A DNA stretch of 64,000 nt, from assembly GCF_052425735.1 (NCBI RefSeq), contig NC_135762.1, positions 27,404,001-27,468,000 of the forward strand, given 5' to 3'. The stretch comes from Oculina patagonica. Taxonomy: Eukaryota. Below, piece by piece: positions 38,989 to 53,200 of this stretch. The notes under the pieces were generated by a model. The model saw nothing but the letters and a program-made list of their open reading frames with translations. It was not told where the DNA came from and ran no database searches. The position numbers were made by a program, and so were the translations under genes. The first letter of the stretch is position 1, and every line of letters begins with the position of its first letter.

Positions 38989-41900
38989 ATGCAGAATCGC
39001 AACACTCTATTGAGAGTGTTTTCAAGCATCATTGTTTTTGCAGTGAGTCTTACGGCAGGTCAACCTAATCAGTACAACTGCCCAGGCTGCATCGGATGCT
39101 CTCCTGAACATCGAAGATTGAATGGCACTTTGATGGTGTTAGTCAACGCACTCTGCAAATTTCGAAGCGGTGTCAAATTTACTACGATCCCACAGTCGCT
39201 GCCATCAGAGCTTGGCACCTTAATGCTCACTTCCCACAGCATCCATGAATTAAAAGCAACGTCTTTGCAAAAATACCCCTACTTATATCGTCTATATTTA
39301 GACAAAAACGCCCTGCACACGATAGAAAATGGATCTTTCTATCGACAACAGTTTCTCAATCAACTGGATCTTTCGGAAAACAAGCTTGGAAATATTAGCG
39401 CTGGTACGTTTCAAGGATTGAAGAATTTGGAGTTTCTTCAACTGGATCATAATGAACTTGAGACGATTTCTCAAGGCACGTTCAGTTCTGTGCCTGCCAT
39501 CAAGTATCTTGACCTTCGAGCAAACAAAATAAGCTTCCTTGAGGAAGGAGCATTTGACAGATTGGATCACTTGGAAACTCTGCTATTAAGTTTCAATAAA
39601 CTGCGTGCAATTAACAACGGCGTTTTTGGGAACTTGATGTCTCTGAGGCAAGTACAGCTTGCTTCGAATCAGATACAGATGATCGGTGCGAATGCATTTG
39701 ATTGCGCTCCGCTTATTGAAAATCTAGTGCTCAAAGAAAATAAACTGGAAAGAATGCCCAAAGAAGCCATTGGGCAGCTTAGGTTTTTAGATCTTTTTGA
39801 TATTAGTAGAAATCCCGTGGAATTTATAGAATATGATGCTTTGATTGGGTTAGAAAGCGTAACAACAATTAATTTAAGTGACTGCAACATCTCTTCGATT
39901 CAAAATGGCTCGTTCGATGACCTCACAAATATTGCTACAGTTCACATGTTTAATAATCCCTTGAAATGCGACTGCTACTTAAGTTGGCTTCCAAGATGGT
40001 TGTCAAGAAAACCACAAGTAACATTTCATGGCGCCGTTTGTCGAGATCCAAGTGACATTTTTGGAAACAACCTGACCGCAGCCAATTTGTCCTCATTTGT
40101 CTGTTCTTGTGCAACATGCAAAAGAGATGCCGCGTGCAGCCTGGTACCAACCAACTGTTCTTGCTCCGAGAACTGGGCGGGGCCATCTTGCAGTGAGACC
40201 TGCCAATCAAAAGACGACTCCTTAAACACGTGCAGAGATTTTGGCGGGAAGTGCTACTGTGAGAGAAACGCAACTCTCCCACAAAGGGTTTTTAACTGTT
40301 CTTTTAACATAACTTCAGAAAAATGCAGCGAGTACGGCGAAATAAAGAAATTCGGATCTCATTTAGAGTGTGTGTGCAAAAAGGGATTTGATGGAAATGG
40401 GACCAACTGCGTTGACATCGATGAGTGTCAAACAGGGACAGCAGTGTGTTCAATGCACGCAGACTGTGTCAACACCCCGGGTTCATATGACTGTAGGTGT
40501 CATGAAGGATTCGAGGAAGAGATTCCACCTACCATACCCGAGCTGATGTGTAAGGACATTGACGAATGTACGGAAAGAAAACCATGTCATGCGCATGCCG
40601 AGTGTCACAATAATCCAGGTAGGGAGGGTCTGGGATTGAGTTAATTAAAATTTTTGTTTCTCGAAGATATTAGCCTTTTTCAGGCTACTCTACAATTCGA
40701 GTTTAAATAAAGTTCATGTTATGTTATGTTATAGTGCTTGACTGGCCGGACTAACTGACTAACTGACTGACTGTAGGGAACAGGCCAACTGACTGTTCAA
40801 CCTACTGACGGAATTTCTAATTGTGACTGTTTCGAGACTGTCTGACTGACTGACTGGCTGGCTGGCCTACTGTCTAACTGACGGACCGACTGACGGTTTG
40901 ACTAACTGACTGTGCCTGTCTGACTGACTGCCTGACTAACTGACTGGACTGTCTGACTGATTATATTAATTAGAAAACTGACTTGCTGGCTGACTGACTG
41001 ACGTATATAATAGCTTACTGTAAGCAAGTGACGACTGACTGTGTTAATGAATGGTTAAGTCAATCACTGAATGGGTAAGTGATACGATTGACCGGCTGAC
41101 TGACTGACTGTATGGAGGATAGATGGATGAATGAATTGATGAATGACGGAGTGACTTACCCGCTGTGTTAAGGAATGAGGAAGCGAGCTAGTGACCGTAA
41201 ATGGTGACTGACTGACTGACACTGACTGACTGACTGACTGACTGACTGACTGACTGACTGACCAACTGACCAACTGACGGACTGACTGACTGACCAACTA
41301 ACTGACCAACTGACGGACTGACTGACTGAACAACTAACTGACTAATAACTGACTGACTGACTAACTGACTGACCAACTGACTGACTGACTAACTAACTGA
41401 CTAACGAACTGGCTGACTGATTAATCGACTGATTGACTGACTGACTGACTGACTGACTGACTGACCGACTAACTGACTGACTGACTGACTGACCAACTAA
41501 CTGACCAACTAACGGACTGACTAAGCGACTGTACTGACTGACTGACTGACCGACCAACTAACTGACTGACTGGCTGATGACTCCCTTTCTTAGTACTTAC
41601 TGTTGACTTTGTATGCAAACTGAGGAGGGTACCCCTGAGGAACAGACCATTTTATAGTAAATTCTGCCACGAAAATGCTCCAATGGCATGAATTACACTG
41701 AGTGTTTGTGTGTCAAATCAGTTCCGTCTCGTTGAGTTCACAGGCCGAGCGTTGCACAGAAATCAAAGTTTGACAACATAATCTGACAGCATATTCTCAT
41801 TCAAAACATCTAGATTATTTCTTCAATTTTATAAAACGCAGGATATATTAAAGCAATAAGTAGAACGAAGCGGTAAGATCTTTATCTATGAAACTGATTC

Positions 41901-44900
41901 TATTTTTCAACATGGGTTTTGTGAACTTTGTTATAATATTGTAATCCACTGCACACTCGCCATTCTCATTTACTAACAACTGACTAATTGCTTTGTCTTA
42001 TTTTTCGATTAACTTGCTAGAAAATCAAACCTTATTGTTTTTTTGGCTTTCTTAGGCTTAGTCGTTTTTCTCAACTTCTTAAAATCCTTTTCAAAATCAC
42101 CTCTCAAAATCAGCTTTCGTTTATCAGTCCCCTCAGGACTCGATTTATCAATATGCCTCTTATTAATATCAGTAGAAATTTCTCGTCTTGTCGTAAAGAG
42201 GGTGCCGCTTAAAGCTCCCTGTATTTTAATATCCTCTCGACGAAAAAGTCCGCTACAAGGCGATATAATCAATATTATCACATCAACTCAAATGGTTCTT
42301 GTTCGGTGCCTTTTGGTAGATTTTTTATGATCAGATAAGGGAAATGCAATATACATTTTTTTACCGGATACGCCACTAGTTAAAGTCGGTTCCTCGATTG
42401 CGCAAACATATCCTTCCTTGAAGGTGCAAAATTTTGATCTGCAATTATTTATTTTCATTTAAACGGGTTGTCAACCAGGATATATTGCAGACGCGCGTAC
42501 TTCTCCACGAAACAAGCAAGTTTTTATATGCTTGCATAATAACTGAAAATGTATTGCCTAAATTTTTTAAAAAAATGAGTATGCATGCTAAAGCTTCAAC
42601 TGAGGGAAAGTGATATACATCTGACCACTATACTGCATCTTCTAATCAACAAAGTATTGCCGCCAACTAGTTTTTAAAATCAGATAAATTACTTTTCAAT
42701 GTTTGCCTTTAATTTGCGACTGCAGTTTTATTGCCATTGCGCAAACTGCTAAACTTACTCACGTACATAGCCAAAAAATCCAAAACTTTATTTGATCGGA
42801 GAGGGCAGTTATTTACATCTTTTTAAATACCCTGAATCCATTTCGCAATCTTTGGTGTGTGTTTTTTGGGGGCCAAACGCGGGCGAAATCAAAAGCACGA
42901 TAAATTGAGCAGAATTTAATTTGTACTTTTTGATTAGAAGTGAAAAAGGTCAAGTTCTAATATTTCGTTCGAATCATATAAAACCAACAAATATATTGCT
43001 GCCCATGAGTTCTGTATAAAAACCAATTTGTTCCTCCCTTTGTTTTGTATGTACAGTTCCTTTGTTTGACTAGTCCCTTGCATTGACTTGACCAAGCTGT
43101 CGCAGTTGTTCCGGGACAAAACGAATATAATAAATTTCCTTTGACGTTTGAGGCGTTTATTTAATGTTTGACGGGTGGTGCAACAAAAACTTGCGGCATA
43201 TAAATGAAAGATTTTTAATCAATAACGCAAAACTTTTCATTTAAAAATTTTTAAGGCTGGCAGTGAATGATGTTATTAGCTTTAATTTCTGGGGGTAATT
43301 TCTGGGAAACGGATTGCAAAACTCAAACAATCTTGATTTTCGTTTTTTTTTTGCGAAATTTGAAATTACTATGCGCTAGATCAATTTGTTTGATTGTTAC
43401 CCTGGCAGTCCAAATACGTGTCCGGCCGTGTTTGGTTTTGTTTGTGTGAAATTTAACATGGTGTTAACTTTTATAGCCCGAATTTTGGTTTTCGGTCTTT
43501 ATATGAGTAAAGAAAAGCATTTTGTATGGATAGACTAATTAACTATGTTATAATTATTTTGGCGTATAAACAGACGTGAGACATTGCATCGCTTGTAGAA
43601 CCATGTCTCGTGAAAAGAACTCAAATGGTTTGTTGTTTGTATTGTCCAATGAGAGATGTCTCGAGCACTTATAAGTTTTGACGTCGACTTGACGACATGA
43701 CGATGCGCCATGTCACTTAGCAACCACTCTTGCTACAAACTGCGTGCTCAGTAAATTGTCCAAGATAGATGAGGTTTTTTAGCTTGAAGCTAGTAGAACA
43801 GATAAGGCGGGGCCCAGGGGGTTGTTTCTCCCATCACCCCGCCTTATTAACAGCGACACCTTAATTACGCGCGCATAGAGTACTGAATGCACCATGGGTG
43901 TACTGAGGTTCGACCGTATAACGATATTAAAAGTAAGATTTTTCTCTTGTGTGAAGGTTCATATACTTGTACATGCCGCACTGGCTATGCTGGAGACGGT
44001 GTCACGTGCCTTCCTGTCCCGGACCAGCCGACAGATGTCACTGTAACAGTGGTTAATCCCACTGAAGTCTCTGTCACATGGAATATTGCTAATACGTCTA
44101 TAATAAGAGAAGTTAGAGTGGAGTATAAAGGATTTGGGATACACGGCTCGGAATGGCTGGTTATAAAATTACAACCTCACGAAACGAAGACGTATTTGAA
44201 AGACTTGAAACCTGATTCAACTTACTTGGTTCGCGTAGGTAAGTCACGTGCTTCTATCATCATCATCATCATCATCATCATCCTCTTCCTCATCATCATC
44301 ATCATCATCATCATGTTCATCATCGTCATCATCATCAGTTCTTATTGCGCTATGAGACACATAAGGCGTCTACTTTCTCTCTGCAGCGGGAGCGATCTTG
44401 TTCCACCTTTTGGATTTTATTCTTTGACTCGTTATCACCCGTTCGTCTGGTCCATTGCCGTTCTCCCCTCCCTTCGTCGTGTTTCTGTTAAATGTTTAGT
44501 CCACATGGAAGTTTGCGTCTAAGCCAGTTGTAATGGTTAAAGTGGGCATTTCTATCGGAATACCAAGTTTCATTTGATATTCAAACCTGTCCAACCGTTT
44601 TTTCAGCATATGATGCGGCAAAAAGTATGAGATGATGCTGTACTGATAGCTGTTATGGATGTAGCGAAAGTGTTTTTGCTGTCATTGTTATTTTTCTTGA
44701 TGATACAGGGCCGTAACTAGCAAGAGGGAAGACGCGGCACTTGCCTCGTCTAGATTTTAACCCAGAATTAAAACCGGCAAAATATGTTCATTTGGGAAAA
44801 TAATTCCTGGTTGGTTTTTCAAGAAATACGTTATGAAAAATCTTTAAGAAAGAGTTTCAGAGCCACATTGTCTAGTGGGCATGCCCCCAGAACCTCCTAG

Positions 44901-45064
44901 CAAGATTTTGCCTTGTTTATGCCAAAGGTCTGGTTACGGCCCCGTGCTAATGATGATGAAAATAACGATGATGATGGTGATGATGATGATGATGATAATG
45001 ACGATTTTGTTTGTTAACAGAGGACGCGTAGTGGTCATAATAATGGCAATGACGATGATAATGA

Positions 45065-45095
<31 letters not shown>

Positions 45096-45903
45096 GATGA
45101 TGATGATGATGATGATGATGACGACGACGACGATGCGATATTCAAAAAAATGACAATTTCTTCGTTTTATTATAGGAGCATTTTCCATTTACAACACAAG
45201 CACCTACAGTAAAGAGTCGCCGTTCGAGACCTCCCCAGCCAAGAACCCATCTGCAACGGACAGCACAGCCGGCGATGATACTCAAAATGCCGTTGTTATT
45301 GCTGTTGCGCTCGTGGTCAGCATAGTCATGCTGGTGATAATTGGTATCACACTTCATTGCTTGATGAGAAGAAAGAAAAAACGTCAAAAGAGCAGCAATC
45401 CTCCATATGTTCCTGGACTCGAGGACTTGATTGAAATGAGGACTCGTACACATAGTGGTGGAGCTGAGTCCAGAGGAAACAGAGATCTGTTGGAGCTAGG
45501 TAAAGACGGATTATTTTCTGTATTCATCGTGGAAGTAATATATCAGACACGAGAGGAAGTGTTTTATCGGGATATCCAAACACCGAGAAGAGAGTAGAAA
45601 ATACGACCCGCAGCGGAGTATTTTTGACGAACTTCGAGTTGTTTGGATAGCCGATGAAACACTGTCTCGAGTGTTTGTGACCCCACGCCCCGATGCGTCC
45701 ACCCCCGCTCTTCCGTGCGCTGGCGTCCAGCCGCCGCCACCGCGCGCCACGATCGAAAAAACACGAAAAAATAGAGGGCTGTGGACAATCTAGAGTGTTT
45801 GATATATCTTCTCAATCGAAACAAAACCTAAGGAGTAAACAGAGAAATAAAATCGTAAAAATCTATGCTAATTAAGACCGAGTATCCAAACCTCCTTCAC
45901 GGC

Positions 45904-45937
<34 letters not shown>

Positions 45938-47971
45938 TATGAGTTTGAGAAAGTTAGTTTCCAAGATGAAAGGCTTAGGAAACTTCATCTTATTGGCGAC
46001 TTATGATTTTTATCTTCACTTTCCCCTCCATGTCCCCCAACACAATGTTGATGTTGATCCATCCGACCCAGGCCCAATATTCCAACATTGCCAGGGAAGG
46101 ATGGGGGTTGGAAAATTACAAAATGGTTGCATACTTCAAAAGAGTATTTATCACAAGTCTGCAAGGACATACAAAAAAAACATAATTTGAAAGCCCTGAC
46201 ATGAAGTAATGCAATAACACTATTTTTTCTGTTTCCTCTAGGAAGCACGTTGCATTCCTTCACAAGCTGTGCAGTTGATTACACAGATGAATGGGAGATT
46301 CCACGTGATCATCTCGAGATTGGTCAGAAAATCGGCGAGGGACAGTTTGGTCTTGTACTGGAGGGTACCCTTATGACAGGTGAGTTAACGTACGACTACC
46401 GGACAATTAAGTCTCAATTTACACCTGAACACAAGCTACATTCGGTACATGAAACTAGTGCTGATTCCAATTTCTATTCTCCAATAAAGATTCCACGAGT
46501 TTTTGCAGAAACATAACGAGTTATCAGGCACGTCAGTATGTGCTATCAGGATATTCCATGACATATAGCTTGCGTCGCAGACGTAATCTCAAATCAGGTT
46601 TTAATTTCATTTACGGCGAGGCTACATGACATACCGACGTCTCCAGAGAAAACGTTGGAACGAAGTCACAGACCATGTTTTTATGACCATCGCTAGTACG
46701 AATCCGAGCAAAAAATGTCGATAATGCACATGTAGCCTGCGAGTCAGGCCCTCTTTAGGGGCAGCGTGTGAGCGACGAAACGGCAGTTACGGCTAAGCAA
46801 CACGTTTTTCGATCGATCGTCACGGTGCTCATTTTAAATTGCCCCGAAAACCAAGACAGTCTGCTTCGCAGGCTAGTGCACATGCGGTTCCACACTGATG
46901 TGACACAGCAGCTATAAAAGTGAAGGAGTCTAAATCGCCTGCAATGCGATGATGTTTTTGGCAATGCGCTTTAGCTTGTAATGATGTGACCGGTGTTAAT
47001 CATGTCTTAAGTACAAAATGAGACACGGTTTCCTAAGATTCTTCAAAGGCTTTCTAGCGAGCTTTGTTTGCTTATTTACATTTCTCAGTTCTGCTGACAA
47101 TTTTATCTTGACAATTGCAGATGATGGCCCGATCAAGGTCGCAGTGAAAACGATCAAAGAACATGCGGATCGTTTCGATTACAAGGATCTGCTTCAAGAG
47201 ATGGAGATGATGAAGGAGATTGGTCAGCACCCACATGTCGTCAGCCTGATGGGCACGTGCACAACGCCAGGACCGCTGTACATAGTTACCGAATACGTGT
47301 CAGGCGGGAATTTACTCGACTATCTGCGGGCCAGCCGGCCAGATGACGAGACATACGTCAACATCATTTCCACGCTTAGTTCACGTGATTTGCTCAAGAT
47401 CTCGCTGGACTGTGCGCGAGGAATGAACCACATTGCTGAAAAGAAGTTCGTTCATCGCGATCTTGCTGCTAGAAATATTCTTCTCACGGAAGAGTACGAG
47501 GCTAAAGTGGCGGATTTTGGGTTGGCGCGAGATATTTACGGTGACGGGCAGTACGTGAAAACCGGTGGGGGACGAGTCCCTATTAAATGGATGGCCCCGG
47601 AGTCTATTCAAGATCAGATCTACACAACCCGATCGGATGTGTGGTCATTTGGGGTCCTCCTATGGGAGATAATTACCATCGGGGGATCCCCCTATCCCTG
47701 TGTTCCCGTTAATCTTCTCCTCACGAAACTCTTGTGCGGATATCGTATGTCTAAACCAGCGCACTGCTCGGACGAGCTCTATGACTTGATGAAGTCGTGC
47801 TGGCAGTTGGATCCGAAAGAGAGACCGTCGTTCTCCGAAATTTGCTGCACGCTGTCGGAGATGCTGTCAGAATCGGCACGGTCTTACGTAAATATCACTG
47901 TTAGCGAGGAGAGAGTGGGGCCTGAGGAAGAGTTTGTCGGTGACGCGCACGAGCAGACAACGTCTGTTTAA
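38989..47971 (+). CDS. Receptor tyrosine kinase with LRR-EGF-FN3 ectodomain (5 exons)
   Basis: Exons 38989-40618 (signal peptide, about 11 LRRs, LRRCT NNPLKCDCYLSWL, cbEGF DIDEC twice), 43957-44238 (EGF end plus FN3), 45176-45499 (TM VVIAVALVVSIVMLVIIGITL then RRKKKR), 46242-46379 (DEWEIPR, GEGQFG), 47121-47971 (VAVK, HRDLAARN, DFGLARD, VPIKWMAPES). All introns are phase 1. Confidence 0.92.
40738..41580. repeat. (CTGA)n degenerate tetranucleotide microsatellite
   Basis: Long runs of ACTG/ACTA repeats in intron 1 of the RTK. Confidence 0.95.
44256..44337 (+). repeat. (ATC)n microsatellite
   Basis: Starts 17 nt into RTK intron 2. Confidence 0.95.
44950..45135 (+). repeat. (GAT)n/(GTT)n compound microsatellite
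   Basis: Ends about 40 nt before the acceptor of RTK intron 2. Confidence 0.95.
45532..45811. mobile_element. Palindromic interspersed repeat in RTK intron 3
   Basis: GAAGTAATATATCAGACAC ... GTGTTTGATATATCTTC inverted ends with internal ATCCAAAC/GTTTGGAT. Confidence 0.5.
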
Positions 47972-48657
47972 TAGGTCAATAGTTTTGAATAACATCATTT
48001 TAGTCCCCAGACCCTCGCTTAAGGAACGTTGTAAAATAGGGTTGTGCTGGGGACGAGAGAGTGAAATAACATATTATGTGACCCTGAAATGGAGTAACAA
48101 TTTCGCGCTTTTTTTACAAAACAATTCTCTGTTAACGGTAGACTGGCGATCCAGAGATAAGAGATAGAAAAAAAAACACAGTTTCAGAAAAAGTGTGCAT
48201 TTCTGCATGGAAGTTACGTAGAAAACACTCGTTGTTTATTAATGCTGTAATTAGTAAAAGTGATTATTACAATGTAATATATGACGCGAATATGCGAAGG
48301 CAATGATGTGTAGTAGTGTCATTTTTGTACCATAATATCGAATAGTTATAGAATGTAAATAAATAAATAAACAAACAAACAAAAAAGTCAATATTAAATT
48401 ATCGATGTTTAGCATGTTTGATACATCAATGTTTAGCATGTTTGATACCCTGCTATATAGAGTGTTGAAATGTTCGGTTATGTGAAAGAACAAAACCGAA
48501 CTCTGAGGCAAGAAACAAGGAACGCTGGACAAGTGACGCTGAAACAAAGTTAACTCACAATAACGCTGAATCTTTGTTTTCAATGCTTTGCTTGGCTGCC
48601 CTGAATCGAGGCAAAAATAGTTGTCGCTTTAAATTAAAGGAGCTATGTCACGGTATT

Positions 48658-48958
48658 GCGGGAGGCGCGGTGGCCTAATGGTTAGCGCGCTCGACTCCGA
48701 GTCGAACGGCCCGGGTTCGAGGCCTGGCCGGGGCGCTGCGTTGTGTTCTTGGACAAGACACTTTACTCTCAAGTGCCTCGTCTCCTCCCAGGTGTATAAA
48801 TGGGTACTGGCGTTTACTGCTGGGGGGTAACCCTGCGATGGACTAGCATCCCATCTAGAGGGGAGTAGCAATACGTCCTAGTCGCTTAATGCTACGGAAA
48901 CCGGGATAAGCTCCGGCTGTATGGGCCTCATGGCTCGGAGACAGACTTTATATATATA
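48658..48958 (+). mobile_element. Full-length tRNA-derived SINE with 14-bp TSD
   Basis: A-box TGGCCTAATGG, B-box GGTTCGAGGCC, core TGTTCTTGGACAAGACACTT, (TA)n tail; TATGTCACGGTATT duplicated at 48644-48657 and 48959-48972. Confidence 0.92.
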
Positions 48959-49509
48959 TATGTCACGGTATTTCAAGTCATTTGCCTGATGCGTAAAATT
49001 ACTTTCAAATTAACTGAACCTCAAAATAATAGTTTTCGTAGGTAGTAAAACGCCAAATAAGTAATTACAAACTCAAAATTATCCCGAATGGTTAATAACA
49101 TGGTTAATATTGCGAAAGAAATGTTTGTAATGTATGTACAAGATAAGTATACTTGTTTTTTTTTATTTCAGACTACTTATATTTGTAATCTGAACACCTC
49201 TGTTGCTCAGCCTGTTTTTTTTAAAAATAAATATTCAAACTCTATGCTATCAGAGTTAACATCCCATTTTAAGTAGTGTTTGCCTTCCGTAAATTCAAAT
49301 TCTGTAACACTCGAGTCCAGAAAATGTCGAGGAAGCACAGTGGATGAGTCGGAAAGCGTTAAACTAGGACACCCGATTTCACTAACTTTTACAAATTTAT
49401 TGTATTTTTACAAATATAGACTGTCTTCACAGATCGCAGGCTTTGTTCAGCTACAACTGTTTGTCAATCGATCGATTGATCAATCAGCAATCAATCAATC
49501 ATTCAATAA

Positions 49510-49550
<41 letters not shown>

Positions 49551-49611
49551 CTAGCCAATAAACCAAAGCGTGACCAACGTCCATATTTATATTCCTCTTA
49601 CAATATGAATA

Positions 49612-49918
49612 CAGTAGAACCCCGAAACTCGAACTCTGAAGGGAAACGAAAAAAGTTGAGAGCAGTATTATCGGGTGATTGAATTTCAATTTTCCTAGTT
49701 AATTATTGATAGTTTACTGATTCTCAGCACTTCAGTATAAGGTTAGTGAAATAAAATCTAGTCAGAAACCTCACGATCAAAATTCCGCTGAAGGGGAAAA
49801 GGCCAAAAGATGAAGAGAAGGATATGAGGCAGAGCGAGACCAGAACGGGCAAGGGAAATGGAGTAGTTTGAGTTAGCGGGGTTTGAGTTATCGAGTTCGA
49901 GTTACTGGGGTTCTACTG
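49612..49918. mobile_element. Tc1/mariner (pogo-type) MITE
   Basis: CAGTAGAACCCC...GGGGTTCTACTG ends and TCGAGTT subrepeats, as in 1277-1452. Confidence 0.7.
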
Positions 49919-50267
49919 TCATTATGATTATGAATATTAAAACATTACTAAACAACTAGAGGATTATACGGACCGCTATGTTCTTCAAAGGCATCACATT
50001 GTGAAGTTAAGAAGAAACGTTTTTTGAACAAGTGGTATACTTAACATGTATCCACCCTCAACTCAAACTAGAGGGCTGAGGGCGACAGTCGAACCTTCAG
50101 ACGTACCTTCAGCAACGAACAATTGCCGTAGACGGAAGACTCTATCCCGTAATCTTATCTACATACAAACACTTCATTTTTATATAACTTTCCATAGGCG
50201 GACACCTTTCCTTATTGGACACTTCTTTGTCTCGTGGGCATCCGCTCACTGGAGATTCTACCTCAAT

Positions 50268-53200
50268 TTACAGCCTTGTTGTATTATATTTTGATCGATT
50301 CCCTCCTCTAATTCGGACGGTGTAGTACTCGGGGTTTGTTCTCTCAAGAACATCTTCACAATCAAGCTGTTCACAATCCAGGTCATCTGTACCTTCGATT
50401 ACACTGCTTTCTTCATCTTCTACTTCGCAAATTACGTCTTGAGGCGTTGTTCGAACTCGATCCAAATGTGAATCTGTTCCTCCCAAATTGATATACGCCC
50501 TTCCGGTCCTTGCTAAAAATTCATGTAAGATGTTTGCTAACTCAGAAAAAGTGGGCCTCGCTTCGGCGTCTAGCTGCCAGCACGCTTTCATGACCTCGTA
50601 TACGTCATCGGAGCATTGAGTTGGTTTCTTCATGCGATAGCCAATCATAAGCTTTCTCGCTAACAGTCTTGCCGGGATACCCGGATAAGGGCATTCGCCA
50701 ATCGAGATAATTTCCCACAGCAGTACCCCAAAGGACCATACATCAGACTTGGTGGTGTAAATATGGAATCTTATTGACTCGGGTGCCATCCATTTTACCG
50801 GAAGTCTGCCAGCAGTTGTGGTCTTCGTGTAAACACCCTCCAATTGTACATCGCGCGCGAGCCCAAAATCCGTCACTTTTGCGATTTTGTCTTCAGTCAG
50901 TAACACATTCCTTGCAGCTAAATCTCGATGAACTAGGTTCAAACTGCTAAGATAATTCATTCCGTTTGAAACATCCTTGGCAATTTTTAACAGTTCCCGT
51001 TCGTTAAGTGAAGATGCAATGTTTACATAGTGAGGATTTTGACACCTGCTGTTTCTAAGGAAAGCCAACAGGTTCCCGCCAGAAACCAGCTCCGTCACTA
51101 AATACAGCGGTCCGTCCACGGAGCATGCTCCCAAGAGACTGACGATATTAGGATGGCTTCCGGCTTGCTTCATGATTGACAGTTCTGCCATCAAGTCTTT
51201 GTAGTCATGGCGATCCGCGCCTGGCTTTAAAGTCTTCACTGCCACTTTTGTCGTCCCTTCATCTAAAAAGAAAACCAGTTTAGTTATAGAGCGGTTTTCA
51301 CTTGAGTGTCGAAAGTAATTTGCGTTTGCTTTGGTTTTGCATCACTACGCTTAGTGATTAGCTTAAAAATCTCGCGCCATCTCCTTAGCCAATCAGAAGT
51401 AAAACCAAAACCAATCGCGACTCTCTCACGCACATTTTCCCGCGCTTCGTGCCTTCGACATGTATTTGCTTCGAGTTTTGATTGGCTGGCTAGATTGTCT
51501 GTGTCCTTTGTGATTGGCCAGAGTAATTACTTTGGTTTTGGTTTTACTACACTCAATTGAAAACTGCTCTAACACATTTCCCCGTGGTTATTTTTTAATT
51601 AGCTGACAGTGTTATTATAGTAACCGATCGAGGACCCTATTCACTCAGAACCACCCAGTCAAATATCCCGCTTCCATTCCCTACCTATTAAAGAAAGGCT
51701 CTCCCAGGGGTTTCAGGGAATAAGGGCGCATGGCCATAAAATAACTGGGAACAAGGAAACAAAAGCAAAATAAAGCTGGGAACACGGGAACAAAAGCTGT
51801 GTTTCTGGTATTTTGGGGGACAAGGGAACACAAGGAAAATTTTTTGGGAACAAGAAAACATGGACCTCGCCCCCTGTGAGCCCCTCGCATAAGGTGTTTA
51901 GAAAAAGACGAGTCTTGGCGCTCACGCTGAAGTGATAAATGTACAGCGGATTTTTAAAAATATTTTATAAACCGGAAACTCCTATGTGTTTCTGATATAC
52001 GTTTCTTTTTATTCGTTTCCCATGCATCACGTAGTAAACACGCTAGCAACATGGGTCATGAGAAGGACCTTCTGAAAGATAACAATTTTTCAACTTTTTA
52101 CACAACACGCAATGCCAAAAAAGTTTACAGACAGCTAAATGCACCAAAGACGAAGAAAGAATCAAACGATTCATTCTGCCCCACCTGATGCATATTTAAG
52201 CCCCCTTTACTTAGCTAGAACAAGATTCCCGATTGCTGCTCAGCTCCTGAAGATAACAAGACGTCGTAAAAAACAAGCAAAAATAGTATTCACATCAACT
52301 TCGATGAATAGTTGAGCGACGCTAATTACCTGAATCCAGAACACCTTCCTTTACAACGCCAAAGGCTCCTTCTCCAATGGTCCTGAAAGTGTGTAACTTT
52401 TCTCGGGGAATTTCCCACTCGTCCGCTCTTGTAGATTCCTCTGTAAATTAAAAAAACGATACACAGTGTATAATCTTTTTTTTATTTTTTCTTTTTTTCT
52501 TTACGAGCGAGTCTTACAAATGTGCGAGGTAGCAAGGCGTGCGAGGCAGTTGCAGCGAGGCATGCGAGGCGAGGCAACGAGGCGTGCGAGGCATGCGAGG
52601 AAGAAATCCCTACTCCAAATAAAAAGGAAAAAAAAAACTAAAAATAAATAAAGGGAAACGGAGGGGGGTAAGCAAACTGAAGCTCCATTTGGACATTATT
52701 AATGGCCAATATTTTGTCTCCGGAATGGTATTGCACCTTAGCTGGAGGTCGCACTTTTTGAAGACCCCTCTGACCGAGCAGTTACTGATTGAACGACGAT
52801 CTAGAGTTTTACCCTGCTTATCGAGGTTTTTGTCTAGTGCTATATATTGTGAATCTTAAGACCATTGCTCACCATTAGAGTTCTCAGTAGCTCAGTGGTT
52901 AGAGCATCCGACTAGTGTACGGGAGGGCGAGGGTTCAAAAACCCCAAAATTGGCCAGACCAACACTCAGGTTAAAATACTAAAAATTGGAATAATACCAT
53001 GGTTAACTAAGTAACCCAAATTTGGACATATGAGTATGATTAAAATTCCGAAAATTTGGCCCAGTAATTTGATTTTTAGTTTGTGTTTAAGTCTGCGTAG
53101 TATTGTAAGGTTTATTAACTGTATTGTTGTAAGTGTTAATTTATTTAGGAAGCTAATATAAAAAAAAAAATAATCGTATTTAGAGTTATATCTAAATTAG

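Noticed and set aside
41064-41376. SQSV-repeat ORFs
   Set aside because: Translations of the (CTGA)n microsatellite.
44239-44522. Poly-Ile 'transmembrane' extension of ORF 43887-44522
   Set aside because: It is the translation of the intronic (ATC)n tract after a consensus GTAAGT donor; the real TM is in exon 45176-45499.
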